Assembly (NCBI RefSeq): GCF_050717535.1
Contig: NZ_JBOITM010000084.1
Span: 1,067-65,066 of the forward strand
Length of the DNA stretch: 64,000 bases
DNA from: Clostridium sp.
GTDB lineage: Bacteria > Bacillota > Clostridia > Clostridiales > Clostridiaceae
Direction: 5' to 3'
Below the pieces are notes generated by a model. That model saw only the letters and a program-made list of their open reading frames with translations. It was not told the DNA's origin and did not search any database. Shown here piece after piece: positions 18,758 through 28,650 of this stretch. The position numbers were made by a program, and so were the translations under genes. Within the stretch, counting starts at the first letter, position 1. Every line of letters begins with the position of its first letter.

Positions 18758-19714
18758 ATGAGTAAAATTGCTTTTATTTTTCCAGGACAGGGAGCTCAAT
18801 ATATTGGAATGGGTAAGGAATTATTTGAGAATATAGAGGTTTGTAAAAATATATTTAAGATTGCAGATAAAGAGCTGGGTTTTGAATTAAGCAAACTTTG
18901 TTTCGAAGGAACACAAGAGGAACTAAATATTACGGAGAATACTCAACCGGCTATTTTAACTACTAGTATAGCAGCTCTTATGGCATTAGCTCAGCATGGT
19001 ATAAAGTGCGATGTAACTGCAGGACTTAGTCTTGGAGAGTATTCAGCACTAGTTTGCAGTGGAGTTATGGATTTTGTGGATGCTGTAAAACTTGTTAAAA
19101 AGCGTGGGAAATTTATGCAAGAGGCAGTGCCAGTAGGAATAGGAACTATGGCAGCTATAATAGGCCTTACGACAGGTTGTGTTGAAGAAATTTGTAGTGA
19201 GGCTAGAACTTCTGGCATAGTAGAGATCTCTAATTTAAATTGCCCAGGGCAAATAGTAATTGCCGGGGAAATAGTTGCGGTAGAACATGCTTGCGCAGCA
19301 GCAATAGAAAAAGGTGCAAGAAAAGCAGTTATTTTACCAGTAAGTGCACCTTTTCATACTTCTATGTTAAAACCCGCAGCAGAAAAATTGGAAATTGAGC
19401 TTAAAAATATAAATCTTAAAGAAATGACTATTCCAGTAATGTCAAATGTAAACGGTGATTATGTAAAGAGTAAGGGCGATATAAAATCTAATTTAAAACT
19501 TCAAGTTATGAGTTCTGTTTTATGGGAAACAATTATAAGAAATATGATAAAGGATGGTGTTGATACCTTCGTAGAGATAGGACCAGGCAAGGTATTACGT
19601 GGCTTTATTAAAAATATAGATAGAAAACTTACAGTGGTGAATGTAGAAGATATGGCATCTTTAGACAAAGCTGTCTCCACATTAAATAAAGTAGTACAAT
19701 TACATAAACAGTAG
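18758..19714 (+). CDS. fabD: Malonyl-CoA:ACP transacylase
   Basis: FPGQGAQ, GLSLGEY, SAPFH motifs. Confidence 0.97.
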   Translation: MSKIAFIFPGQGAQYIGMGKELFENIEVCKNIFKIADKELGFELSKLCFEGTQEELNITENTQPAILTTSIAALMALAQHGIKCDVTAGLSLGEYSALVCSGVMDFVDAVKLVKKRGKFMQEAVPVGIGTMAAIIGLTTGCVEEICSEARTSGIVEISNLNCPGQIVIAGEIVAVEHACAAAIEKGARKAVILPVSAPFHTSMLKPAAEKLEIELKNINLKEMTIPVMSNVNGDYVKSKGDIKSNLKLQVMSSVLWETIIRNMIKDGVDTFVEIGPGKVLRGFIKNIDRKLTVVNVEDMASLDKAVSTLNKVVQLHKQ

Positions 19715-19815
19715 AATTACTTAAATTCCAAAATTCATTAATTAACAAAACTGTTTAATAAGCACAACTAATGAAGAGATAAAATCACTATAAACATGTA
19801 AAGGAGCACGGATAT

Positions 19816-20559
19816 ATGTTAAAGGGAAAAACAGCAGTAGTAACAGGAGCTAGTCGAGGCATTGGAAGAGCCATAGCAATAAAGCTAGCAAAACTTGGAG
19901 CAAATATAGTTGTTAATTATAGAAATAGTGTAGATGCGGTGCAGGAAGTAGTTAAAGAAATAGAAGCTTTTGGAGTTAAAGCACTAGCTGTTCAGGCTGA
20001 TATAAGTAGTTATAGTGATGTAGAGTTTATGATGAAAAAATGTATTGAAGAATTCGGAAGTTTAGATATTCTAGTTAATAATGCTGGCATAACAAAAGAT
20101 GGGCTTTTAATGAGAATGAAGGAAGAGGACTTTGATAGTGTTATAGATATTAATCTAAAGGGTGCTTTTAATTGCACAAGGCATGTATCATCCATAATGC
20201 TTAAACAAAGAAGTGGGAGAATAATAAATATATCCTCAGTGTCTGGACTTACAGGTAATGCTGGCCAAGTAAATTACTGCGCTGCTAAGGCAGGAGTAAT
20301 AGGAATGACTAAGGCTGTGGCTAGAGAATTTGGGGGTCGCGGAGTTACTTGTAATGCAGTAGCACCAGGATATATTCAAACAGACATGACTGTGGCTTTG
20401 CCTGCGAAAGTAGTGGATGTTATAATGAGCACTATTCCACTAAAGAGACTTGGCATGCCTGAAGATGTAGCAAATGCAGTAGCATTTTTAGCCTCAGAGG
20501 AAGCGGCGTATATAACAGGTCAGGTTATAAATGTAGATGGCGGAATGGTAATGCAGTAG
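19816..20559 (+). CDS. fabG: 3-oxoacyl-ACP reductase
   Basis: TGASRGIG, NNAG, Y.AAK SDR motifs. Confidence 0.97.
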   Translation: MLKGKTAVVTGASRGIGRAIAIKLAKLGANIVVNYRNSVDAVQEVVKEIEAFGVKALAVQADISSYSDVEFMMKKCIEEFGSLDILVNNAGITKDGLLMRMKEEDFDSVIDINLKGAFNCTRHVSSIMLKQRSGRIINISSVSGLTGNAGQVNYCAAKAGVIGMTKAVAREFGGRGVTCNAVAPGYIQTDMTVALPAKVVDVIMSTIPLKRLGMPEDVANAVAFLASEEAAYITGQVINVDGGMVMQ

Positions 20560-20611
20560 AAAAGACGGTTAATATAGCACTTATAGGTGATATTAAAGGA
20601 GGTTTCATTTT

Positions 20612-21853
20612 ATGAAAAATAGAGTTGTTATAACAGGAATGGGAGCAGTTACTCCTATAGGAAATGATGTAGTTAATTTTTGGGATAATGTAAAACTAGG
20701 CACTTGTGGCATAGATATAATTAAGTCTTTTGATATTTCAGAATACAAATGTAAAATGGGTGCAGAGGTCAAAGACTTTGATGTAACAGTTGCACTTGGC
20801 ATTAGAGAAGCTAGAAAAATGGATAAATATTGTCAATATGCAATGGTGGCTGCTGATGAAGCAGTTAAAAATTCTGGACTTGACCTACAAGCTATAGATA
20901 GTGAAAAATTAGCAGTAATAGTTGGATCAGGAATAGGTGGAATTGGAACTATTGAGAAAGAGCATGCAAAGCTTATGGAAAAAGGGCCGAGCAGAGTATC
21001 TCCATATTTAATACCTATGATAATAGGCAATATGGCAGCTGGAAACATTGCAATAAAGTATGGTGCTAAAGGTATGTGCTCAAGTGTAGTTACGGCTTGC
21101 GCCACAGGAACTAATGCAATAGGAGATGCTTTTCACCTCATTCAAGATGGAAGAGCAGACATAATAATAGCTGGAGGGGCAGAAGGGTCAATAACACCAC
21201 TTGCACTGGCGGGATTTACCTCTTTAACAGCTTTAACTAAAAGTGAAGATCCACTAAGAGCATCTATTCCTTTTGATAAAGAAAGGTCTGGTTTTGTTAT
21301 GGGAGAGGGCGCAGGTATAGTTATACTTGAATCTTTAGAGCATGCAAAAAAAAGAAATGCAAAAATATATGCTGAGATGAAGGGTTATGGTGCAACTTGT
21401 GATGCCTATCATATTACTTCACCATCACCAGATGGCGATGGTGCAGCAAGAGCAATGATAATGGCGCTTAAAGATGCAGATGTTAAGCCTTGCGAAGTAT
21501 CATATATCAATGCACATGGAACAAGTACTCCATACAATGACAAGTTTGAAACTGTAGCTATAAAATCTGCCTTTGGAGAATCTGCATATAAAATACCTAT
21601 AAGTTCAACAAAATCTATGACTGGACACCTACTTGGAGCATCAGGAGCAATAGAAGCCATAGTATGTATAAAAGCCTTAGAAGAAGGTTTTATACCAGCA
21701 ACTATAGGATATAGTGTTCCAGATGAAGATTGTGATTTAGATTACGTTCCAAACATTGGAAGAGAGCAGCAGCTTAAATATACAATGTCAAATTCACTAG
21801 GATTTGGTGGTCACAATGCTTCAATATTATTTGAAAAATGGGATGGTAAATAA
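20612..21853 (+). CDS. fabF: 3-oxoacyl-ACP synthase II
   Basis: TACATG, NAHGTST, GHLLGA, SNSLGFGG motifs. Confidence 0.97.
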   Translation: MKNRVVITGMGAVTPIGNDVVNFWDNVKLGTCGIDIIKSFDISEYKCKMGAEVKDFDVTVALGIREARKMDKYCQYAMVAADEAVKNSGLDLQAIDSEKLAVIVGSGIGGIGTIEKEHAKLMEKGPSRVSPYLIPMIIGNMAAGNIAIKYGAKGMCSSVVTACATGTNAIGDAFHLIQDGRADIIIAGGAEGSITPLALAGFTSLTALTKSEDPLRASIPFDKERSGFVMGEGAGIVILESLEHAKKRNAKIYAEMKGYGATCDAYHITSPSPDGDGAARAMIMALKDADVKPCEVSYINAHGTSTPYNDKFETVAIKSAFGESAYKIPISSTKSMTGHLLGASGAIEAIVCIKALEEGFIPATIGYSVPDEDCDLDYVPNIGREQQLKYTMSNSLGFGGHNASILFEKWDGK

Positions 21854-21855
21854 TT

Positions 21856-22374
21856 ATGGATTATAAAAATATTGAAGAGTTAATAAAAACCGTTAGTGAT
21901 TCACAGCTTACATTATTTGAAATTGAGACAGAAGGTATTAAAATAAAGATGGAGAAAAAAGAGAAGCAGGTAGTGGTAGAGAGAGCGCCTGCATCGGAAG
22001 TGCCTGCTAAATCAGTTATTGAGGATTCAATAACTAGCAAAAATATAGCTACCAATCCAATGATAGCAGAAAACCTAGATAGCAAAACAGCTAGTGCTAT
22101 TGAAAATGTAGCCGAGATAATACCAGATAAAAATATATTTATAGTTAAATCACCTATTGTTGGGACTGTGTATTCTTCACCTAGCGCAGAATTACAAAAC
22201 TTTGTTGAAATTGGTTCTGTAGTTAAAAAGGGAGATATTCTTTGTATTTTAGAAGCTATGAAGCTTATGAATGAGATTGAAAGTGAAGTAGATGGAGAAG
22301 TTGTAGAAGTATTAGTTTCAAATGAAGATATGGTAGAGTACGGACAGCCACTATTTAAAATACGTAAAAAATAG
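21856..22374 (+). CDS. accB: Acetyl-CoA carboxylase biotin carboxyl carrier protein
   Basis: EAMKLMNEI biotin site. Confidence 0.97.
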   Translation: MDYKNIEELIKTVSDSQLTLFEIETEGIKIKMEKKEKQVVVERAPASEVPAKSVIEDSITSKNIATNPMIAENLDSKTASAIENVAEIIPDKNIFIVKSPIVGTVYSSPSAELQNFVEIGSVVKKGDILCILEAMKLMNEIESEVDGEVVEVLVSNEDMVEYGQPLFKIRKK

Positions 22375-22437
22375 GTGCTAAAAGTCAATTTTAAAATATC
22401 AGTTGTCCATTGATTTAATTTTTAGAAAGGTGGAAGA

Positions 22438-22893
22438 ATGTATATGGAAGATATAAAAGGTACTACTTTAAATATAAAACAAATTCAAGAGATTATCCCT
22501 CATAGATATCCATTTTTATTTGTGGATAAAATAGAGGAATTAGAGCCAGGAAAAAGAGCTGTAGGCTATAAGAATATTACTATGAATGAGTATTTCTTTC
22601 AAGGTCATTTTAAAGCGGAGCCTATACTACCAGGAGTCATAATTATTGAAGCTCTAGCACAGGTTGGAGCAGTGGCACTTTTAAGTATGGAAGACTATAA
22701 AGGTAAAATTGCTTACTTTGGTGGAATAAATAAAGCTAGATTCAGAAAAAAAGTTGTTCCTGGAGATGTGCTTAGACTGGAAGTAGAAATAATCAAAATG
22801 AAGGGACCTGTTGGAATTGGTAAGGCAGTAGCTACAGTAAATGGAGAAAAGGTTGCAGAAGCTGAAATTACGTTTGCAGTAGGGATTGAATAA
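22438..22893 (+). CDS. fabZ: 3-hydroxyacyl-ACP dehydratase
   Basis: PHRYPFL.VD, GHF...P..PGV..IEALAQ motifs. Confidence 0.97.
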   Translation: MYMEDIKGTTLNIKQIQEIIPHRYPFLFVDKIEELEPGKRAVGYKNITMNEYFFQGHFKAEPILPGVIIIEALAQVGAVALLSMEDYKGKIAYFGGINKARFRKKVVPGDVLRLEVEIIKMKGPVGIGKAVATVNGEKVAEAEITFAVGIE

Positions 22894-22922
22894 TAATTTT
22901 GAGTGCAGGGAAGGTAAATAAT

Positions 22923-24269
22923 ATGTTTAAGAAGATATTAATTGCTAATAGAGGCGAAATAGCAGTAAGAATAATTAGGGCTTGTCATGAAATGGGTATT
23001 CAAACTGTGGCAGTATATTCTGAGGCTGATAAAACTGCTCTTCATACACAAATGGCAGATGAGGCAGTTTGTATTGGACCTGCTAAATCGAAGGATAGTT
23101 ATTTAAATATGCAAAACATTTTAAGTGCCACAGTGCTTACAGGTGCAGAGGCAATTCATCCGGGTTATGGGTTCTTATCTGAAAATAGTAAGTTTGCACA
23201 GATGTGTGAGGAATGTAATATAAAATATATAGGGCCAAGTTCCCAGAATATTGATAATATGGGTAACAAGTTAAAGGCAAGAGAAATTATGATAATAGCT
23301 GGTGTGCCAGTAGTTCCTGGGTCAGATGGATCAATTGACTCTGAAATAGAAGCAATAAGTTCTGCGCAAAAAATAGGATACCCTGTAATGATAAAGGCTT
23401 CAGCAGGTGGAGGCGGACGTGGGATAAGGGTTGTTACAAAAGAAGAAGATCTTATACCTGCATATAATACCGCAAGAGCAGAATCAAAAACTGCATTTGG
23501 TGATGACACGATGTACATGGAAAAATTTATTGAAGAGCCAAGACATATAGAGTTTCAAATACTTGCAGATGAGCATGGAAATATTGTTCATCTTGGTGAA
23601 CGTGATTGTTCTGTTCAAAGGAGAAATCAGAAGGTAATAGAAGAGGCGCCAGGAGCTGCAATGACCCGAGAACTTAGAAAACAGATGGGTGAGGTTGCGG
23701 TTAAGGCGGCTAAATCTATTAATTATAAAAATGCTGGGACTATAGAGTTTTTATTAGATAAGCATGGAAAATATTATTTTATGGAGATGAATACTCGTAT
23801 ACAGGTAGAGCATCCAATAACAGAGATGATCACTGGGGTAGATTTGGTTAAAGAACAGATAAACATTTCTTCGGGACAAGTGCTCAAATATAAACAAGAG
23901 GACATAAAAATTCAGGGGCATGCTATAGAATGTAGGATAAATGCAGAAAATCCTAATAGAAATTTTATGCCTTGTCCAGGTGAAATAAAATCACTTCATC
24001 TTCCTGGAGGAAATGGAGTAAGAATTGATAGTGCGGCATATCAAGGATACAAAATTCCACCTACTTATGACTCTATGATAGGGAAACTTATTGTTCATGG
24101 AAGAGATAGAAACGAGGCGCTATGTAAAATGAGAAGGGCCTTAGGGGAATTTATAATAGAAGGTGTTGATACTAATATAGATTTCCAATTTAAAATAATA
24201 AATAATGAAAACTTTATTAAAGGAAAATTTGATACTAGTTTTATAAGTAAAGAATTTAAGGATCTTTAA
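22923..24269 (+). CDS. accC: Acetyl-CoA carboxylase biotin carboxylase
   Basis: ANRGEIA, HPGYGFLSEN, GGGGRG, EMNTRIQVEH motifs; start moved to the ATG after aaggt. Confidence 0.97.
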   Translation: MFKKILIANRGEIAVRIIRACHEMGIQTVAVYSEADKTALHTQMADEAVCIGPAKSKDSYLNMQNILSATVLTGAEAIHPGYGFLSENSKFAQMCEECNIKYIGPSSQNIDNMGNKLKAREIMIIAGVPVVPGSDGSIDSEIEAISSAQKIGYPVMIKASAGGGGRGIRVVTKEEDLIPAYNTARAESKTAFGDDTMYMEKFIEEPRHIEFQILADEHGNIVHLGERDCSVQRRNQKVIEEAPGAAMTRELRKQMGEVAVKAAKSINYKNAGTIEFLLDKHGKYYFMEMNTRIQVEHPITEMITGVDLVKEQINISSGQVLKYKQEDIKIQGHAIECRINAENPNRNFMPCPGEIKSLHLPGGNGVRIDSAAYQGYKIPPTYDSMIGKLIVHGRDRNEALCKMRRALGEFIIEGVDTNIDFQFKIINNENFIKGKFDTSFISKEFKDL

Positions 24270-24333
24270 AAAGTAGCTAAATGCATGCATCCATTGTAGG
24301 TAGTGTAGTGTGTTTTTAGAAAGGGGTAGTTAT

Positions 24334-25194
24334 ATGTTTGAGTTTAACCGTATATTTAAAAAGAGTAGATATATTGAGGTTAAAAACACAGAAGATGAAG
24401 ATGGCGAAAAAAAACCTAATATCCCCACCGGAATGTGGGTTAAATGTGAAACTTGCGGTAAGATACTTTACAGTAAGGATTTAGAAAACAGTATAATGAC
24501 CTGTGAAAATTGTAGAACCCATTTCAGAATTGGTTCTAGAGAAAGAATAAATTACACCATAGACAGTGGAACTTTTATAGAATACGATAAGAATATGATT
24601 TCAGATAATCCAATAGATTTTGATGGATATGAAGAAAAACTTCAAGAGTTAAGAGATAGAACATTATTAAATGAAGCTGTAATAACTGGAGAAGGAAAGA
24701 TAAATGGTCAGGATACAATAATTGCAGTAATGGATAGTAATTTCATGATGGGAAGTATGGGATCTGTTGTTGGGGAAAAAATTACAAGGGCTATTGAAAA
24801 AGCTACAGAAACCAAAAAACCAATTATTATATTTACAGCTTCAGGGGGGGCTAGGATGCAGGAAGGCATATACTCTCTAATGCAAATGGCGAAAACTAGT
24901 GCGGCGATTGCAAGGCATAATAAAAAGGGCGGCCTTTATATAACTGTTCTTACAGATCCAACTACCGGAGGAGTTACAGCGAGTTTTGCAATGCTTGGAG
25001 ATATAATAATAGCTGAGCCTAATGCATTAATAGGTTTTGCAGGTAAAAGAGTTATTGAACAAACAATAAAGCAGCAATTGCCTGAGGGCTTTCAAAGGGC
25101 AGAATTTTTGCTTGAAAAGGGTTTTATAGATAAGGTAGTTGATAGAAAAGCTATGAAGGATACTTTAACGGAGATACTAAAAATTCATTCATAG
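24334..25194 (+). CDS. accD: Acetyl-CoA carboxylase carboxyltransferase beta
   Basis: C..C...C..C zinc finger, [15 protein letters not shown] motifs. Confidence 0.97.
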   Translation: MFEFNRIFKKSRYIEVKNTEDEDGEKKPNIPTGMWVKCETCGKILYSKDLENSIMTCENCRTHFRIGSRERINYTIDSGTFIEYDKNMISDNPIDFDGYEEKLQELRDRTLLNEAVITGEGKINGQDTIIAVMDSNFMMGSMGSVVGEKITRAIEKATETKKPIIIFTASGGARMQEGIYSLMQMAKTSAAIARHNKKGGLYITVLTDPTTGGVTASFAMLGDIIIAEPNALIGFAGKRVIEQTIKQQLPEGFQRAEFLLEKGFIDKVVDRKAMKDTLTEILKIHS

Positions 25195-25224
25195 CTAATA
25201 GTAACACGTTGGGAGTGAGATTTT

Positions 25225-26175
25225 ATGGTTACTTTACCTTTTGAAAAGCACATGTACGAACTTAAGAGTAAAATAGATGAATTAAAAAATTTAGCAACAG
25301 ACCAAAATTTGGATTTAGAAAAAGAAATAAGGCAAATGGAAGTTAAGCTCTATAATATGCAAAAGGAAGCTTATAAAAATTTAACTGCTTGGGATAAGGT
25401 AAGTATAGCAAGACTTGTAGAGCGGCCTACTGCTCTTGATTATATAAACCTAATCTTTGACTCCTTTATTGAGCTACATGGAGATAGATATTATGGAGAT
25501 GATGCGGCTATTGTAGGTGGAATTGCATATTTAAGTGGTATTCCTGTAACTGTTATAGCTCAACAAAAGGGAAATAATACTAAGGAAAACATAAAGAGAA
25601 ACTTTGGTATGCCTAGTCCTGAAGGATATAGAAAAGCTTTAAGACTTATGAAACAGGCGGAAAAATTCAGCAGACCTGTTATTTGCCTTGTGGATACCCC
25701 AGGGGCATATTGTGGACTTGGTGCAGAAGAAAGAGGCCAAGGAGAAGCAATTGCTAGAAATCTTATGGAGATGTCAACATTAAAAACCCCAATAATCTCA
25801 ATAGTTATAGGAGAGGGTGGAAGTGGTGGAGCTTTAGCAATGGCTGTAGCAGATGAGGTTTGGATGTTAGAACATGCGATTTATTCTATTTTATCACCAG
25901 AGGGTTTTGCTTCTATATTATTTAAAGATGCGAGTAGGTCAAAAGAAGCAGCCAATGTAATGAAAATAACAGCTCAAGATTTAATTGAATTTGGAATAAT
26001 AGATAGAATTATAAAAGAACCTCTAGGTGGAGCGCATACAAATGTAGATGAGATGGCAGCCAGCATTAAACGTAATTTAGAGGAATCAATTAATAGATTA
26101 ATATGGGAACCTATAGAATCATTACTTACTAAGAGATACTACAAATTTAGAAAGATTGGCAAGGTAGTAGAATAA
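25225..26175 (+). CDS. accA: Acetyl-CoA carboxylase carboxyltransferase alpha
   Basis: [35 protein letters not shown] motifs. Confidence 0.97.
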   Translation: MVTLPFEKHMYELKSKIDELKNLATDQNLDLEKEIRQMEVKLYNMQKEAYKNLTAWDKVSIARLVERPTALDYINLIFDSFIELHGDRYYGDDAAIVGGIAYLSGIPVTVIAQQKGNNTKENIKRNFGMPSPEGYRKALRLMKQAEKFSRPVICLVDTPGAYCGLGAEERGQGEAIARNLMEMSTLKTPIISIVIGEGGSGGALAMAVADEVWMLEHAIYSILSPEGFASILFKDASRSKEAANVMKITAQDLIEFGIIDRIIKEPLGGAHTNVDEMAASIKRNLEESINRLIWEPIESLLTKRYYKFRKIGKVVE

Positions 26176-26220
26176 TTAATAAGATTAAAGGTTGAATAAA
26201 AGGCTGATTTCTAGGTGTTT

Positions 26221-26250
26221 AAGAAAAGTATATATGCTTTTCTTTTTTTT
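26221..26250 (+). terminator. Terminator of the fab/acc operon
   Basis: aagaaaagta/tgcttttctt stem followed by a long T run. Confidence 0.7.
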
Positions 26251-26330
26251 TGGTATTGAAGTGTATGTATAAATCATACATAATAGAGTAGAGAATAATA
26301 TTTATGAGAAGGGTAAAGGGGAATTAAGTT

Positions 26331-27212
26331 ATGAGTAAAACACTTAGTGACACAATTTTAGTAATAGATTCAGGATGCGATTTACCTTTAGATTATATAG
26401 GGCAAGAAAATATAGTACCCATAGGTTTAGTGTGCAATTTTAAAGGTGAAACAATAGAGGATGACTTTGGTAAAAAATTTATTCGTAAAGACTTTTATGA
26501 TGCATTAAGGCAAGGAGAAATGCCTACTACTTCACAGATAAATAGCCAAAGATATCAAGAGGTTTTTAGAAAGTATGTGAAGGAAGGAAAGCCTATTATA
26601 TATATTGTTATGTCTTCTGGAATATCCGGAACTATAAATAGTGCAAATTTAGCAAAAGAAACTATACTTGAAGAGTTCCCTGATTCTAATATAAGTATAG
26701 TTGATAGTAAATGTGCAAGTCTTGGGCAAGGACTTTTAGTTTATTATGCTTATGAAATGTTAAAAAAAGGAAAAACAAAAGATGAAATAGTTACCTGGCT
26801 AGAGGAAAACAAGCTTAGAATTAACCATTGGTTTACAGTTAATGATTTAAATCATTTAAAAAGAGGTGGAAGAATTTCAAGTTCTGCTGCAACAGTTGGT
26901 ACTTTGCTTAATATAAAACCTGTTTTGTTTATGGATAATGATGGACGACTAATTCCTTTTTCTAAATGTAGAGGAAGAAAAAAGGCAATACACACCTTAG
27001 CTGAAAAATTCATAGAAAGATCAGACCCAAATGTAAAACAAGTTATTGCCATAGGCCATGGGGATTGCATTGAAGATGCATTGACTCTGGAGGAGTTGGT
27101 TCGCGAAAATGGAAATGTTGAAGATGTCATTTTAAATTATGTAGGAACGGCAATAGGATCTCATACGGGACCAGAAATATTAGGATTATATTTTATAGCT
27201 AAGGAAAGATAA
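26331..27212 (+). CDS. degV: DegV/FakB fatty-acid-binding protein
   Basis: DS.CDLP, TSQ, SS..SGT..SA, L.RGGRIS, H.GP motifs. Confidence 0.95.
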   Translation: MSKTLSDTILVIDSGCDLPLDYIGQENIVPIGLVCNFKGETIEDDFGKKFIRKDFYDALRQGEMPTTSQINSQRYQEVFRKYVKEGKPIIYIVMSSGISGTINSANLAKETILEEFPDSNISIVDSKCASLGQGLLVYYAYEMLKKGKTKDEIVTWLEENKLRINHWFTVNDLNHLKRGGRISSSAATVGTLLNIKPVLFMDNDGRLIPFSKCRGRKKAIHTLAEKFIERSDPNVKQVIAIGHGDCIEDALTLEELVRENGNVEDVILNYVGTAIGSHTGPEILGLYFIAKER

Positions 27213-27266
27213 GCGCACTTATATTAAGGGGAAGAATATTGTAATTATAATTTTATTTAATAAAGT

Positions 27267-27297
27267 AAAGGGAGATGCCCACGATACATCTCCCTTT
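27267..27297. terminator. Bidirectional terminator
   Basis: aaagggagatg ... catctcccttt between degV and the small minus-strand ORF. Confidence 0.8.
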
Positions 27298-27301
27298 AAA
27301 A

Positions 27302-27448
27302 CTACTTTGTTTCTTTTCCTAATTTCTTGGACTCTTTAGAAACTCCTATTTCATTGGCAGTTTCCATTTTCATTTTAGATAATTCTTGTTTTGTTTTTGG
27401 ATTAGCCTTTTTATTATCTTTGCTATTTTTGTTATCTTTATGTGACAT
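27302..27448 (-). CDS. 48-aa small acid-soluble spore protein-like peptide (alpha/beta SASP N-terminal helix only)
   Basis: Not in track. Hand translation MSHKDNKNSKDNKKANPKTKQELSKMKMETANEIGVSKESKKLGKETK*; aggagg RBS; LSKMKMETANEIGV resembles the SASP L..MK.E.A.E.GV helix. Confidence 0.7.
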   Translation of the reverse strand: MSHKDNKNSKDNKKANPKTKQELSKMKMETANEIGVSKESKKLGKETK

Positions 27449-27681
27449 TGAATAAACCTCCTTGTATCGTTTAAGGGTAGTAACAATTATTAATTGTTAT
27501 TCCTATTTCTATTTTACATTTCAATAATAATATAACCAAATTTATAAAATATATGCAAAAAATATGTTTTTATAATAATTTAATAAATAGATTATTTTGA
27601 TGGTCTATTATTTATTTTAATGTACTATTTAGTGATATAATTAGTATTATTTTAAAAAATTACTTATGAGGAAGTGGGTAG

Positions 27682-28491
27682 ATGAATAAAACAATAGGAT
27701 TTATAGGCTGTGGAAATATGGCGCGAGCTATGATAGGTGGGATAGTAAAATCGAATTTAGTTCCTAGTGAAAAGGTAATAGCAAGTAATCCATCAGATAA
27801 GAACTTAGATAAGGTAAAAGAAGAATATAATATTTTAGTAACTAATGATAATGTAGAAGTTGCAAAGTATGCTGATATAGTAATACTTGCTATAAAGCCT
27901 GAAAAGTATTTTGAGGTTATTGAGGGAATAAAACTATATTTAAAGAAGGATGTAATTATAGTAACAATAGCTGCAGGTATACCACTAGATGGTATGAGGG
28001 ATGCACTAGGAGCCTCTGCGAAGGTAGTAAGAACTATGCCAAATACTCCTGCGCTTGTAGGTGAGGGAATGAGTGCGTTGTGTGCTAATAAAAATGTAAC
28101 TAAAGAAGAATTACAAGAGGTAATAGATATATTTGAAAGCTTTGGTAAAATAGAAATATTAGAGGAAAATATTATTGATGTAGTTCCTGCGGTAAGCGGT
28201 TCATCTCCTGCTTACGTGTATATGTTTATTGAAGCATTAGGCGATGGGGCTGTGCTCCAAGGTATGCCAAGAGATAAAGCATATAGAATGGCAGCTCAAG
28301 CAGTGCTAGGGGCAGCTAAAATGGTGCTTGATACTGGAGAGCATCCGGGAAAACTTAAAGATAATGTATGCTCACCAGGGGGATCTACTATAGCGGCAGT
28401 ATATAATTTAGAAAAAAATAATTTTAGGGGCTCAGTTATTTCAGCTATGGAGAGTTGTACAGAAAAAATAATTAAAATGGGGGAAAAATAA
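27682..28491 (+). CDS. proC: Pyrroline-5-carboxylate reductase
   Basis: GFIGCGNMA, RTMPNTP, SGSSPAY, SPGGST motifs. Confidence 0.97.
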   Translation: MNKTIGFIGCGNMARAMIGGIVKSNLVPSEKVIASNPSDKNLDKVKEEYNILVTNDNVEVAKYADIVILAIKPEKYFEVIEGIKLYLKKDVIIVTIAAGIPLDGMRDALGASAKVVRTMPNTPALVGEGMSALCANKNVTKEELQEVIDIFESFGKIEILEENIIDVVPAVSGSSPAYVYMFIEALGDGAVLQGMPRDKAYRMAAQAVLGAAKMVLDTGEHPGKLKDNVCSPGGSTIAAVYNLEKNNFRGSVISAMESCTEKIIKMGEK

Positions 28492-28523
28492 TACTTCATA
28501 AAAATAAAATAAGAAATAATTTA

Positions 28524-28549
28524 GAGGTGTAATAAAATTATTACACCTC
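28524..28549. terminator. Bidirectional terminator
   Basis: gaggtgtaataa-aa-ttattacacctc. Confidence 0.75.
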
Positions 28550-28649
28550 AAATACGCTTGAAAGACTGCTTATTTTTTGCTTATTCAATAATATTAGTGC
28601 TATTGCCTAACTCAATAACTGCTGCTTTCTCATTGCCTAGTAAATTATA
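28548..28649 (-). pseudogene. Relic of a SpoIIP-like domain C-terminus
   Basis: Minus-strand hand translation YNLLGNEKAAVIELGNSTNIIE*AKNKQSFKRI*, echoing FNQDLSNNSALIELGNDKSS..EIEA in the adjacent gene. Confidence 0.5.
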
Positions 28650-28650
28650 A

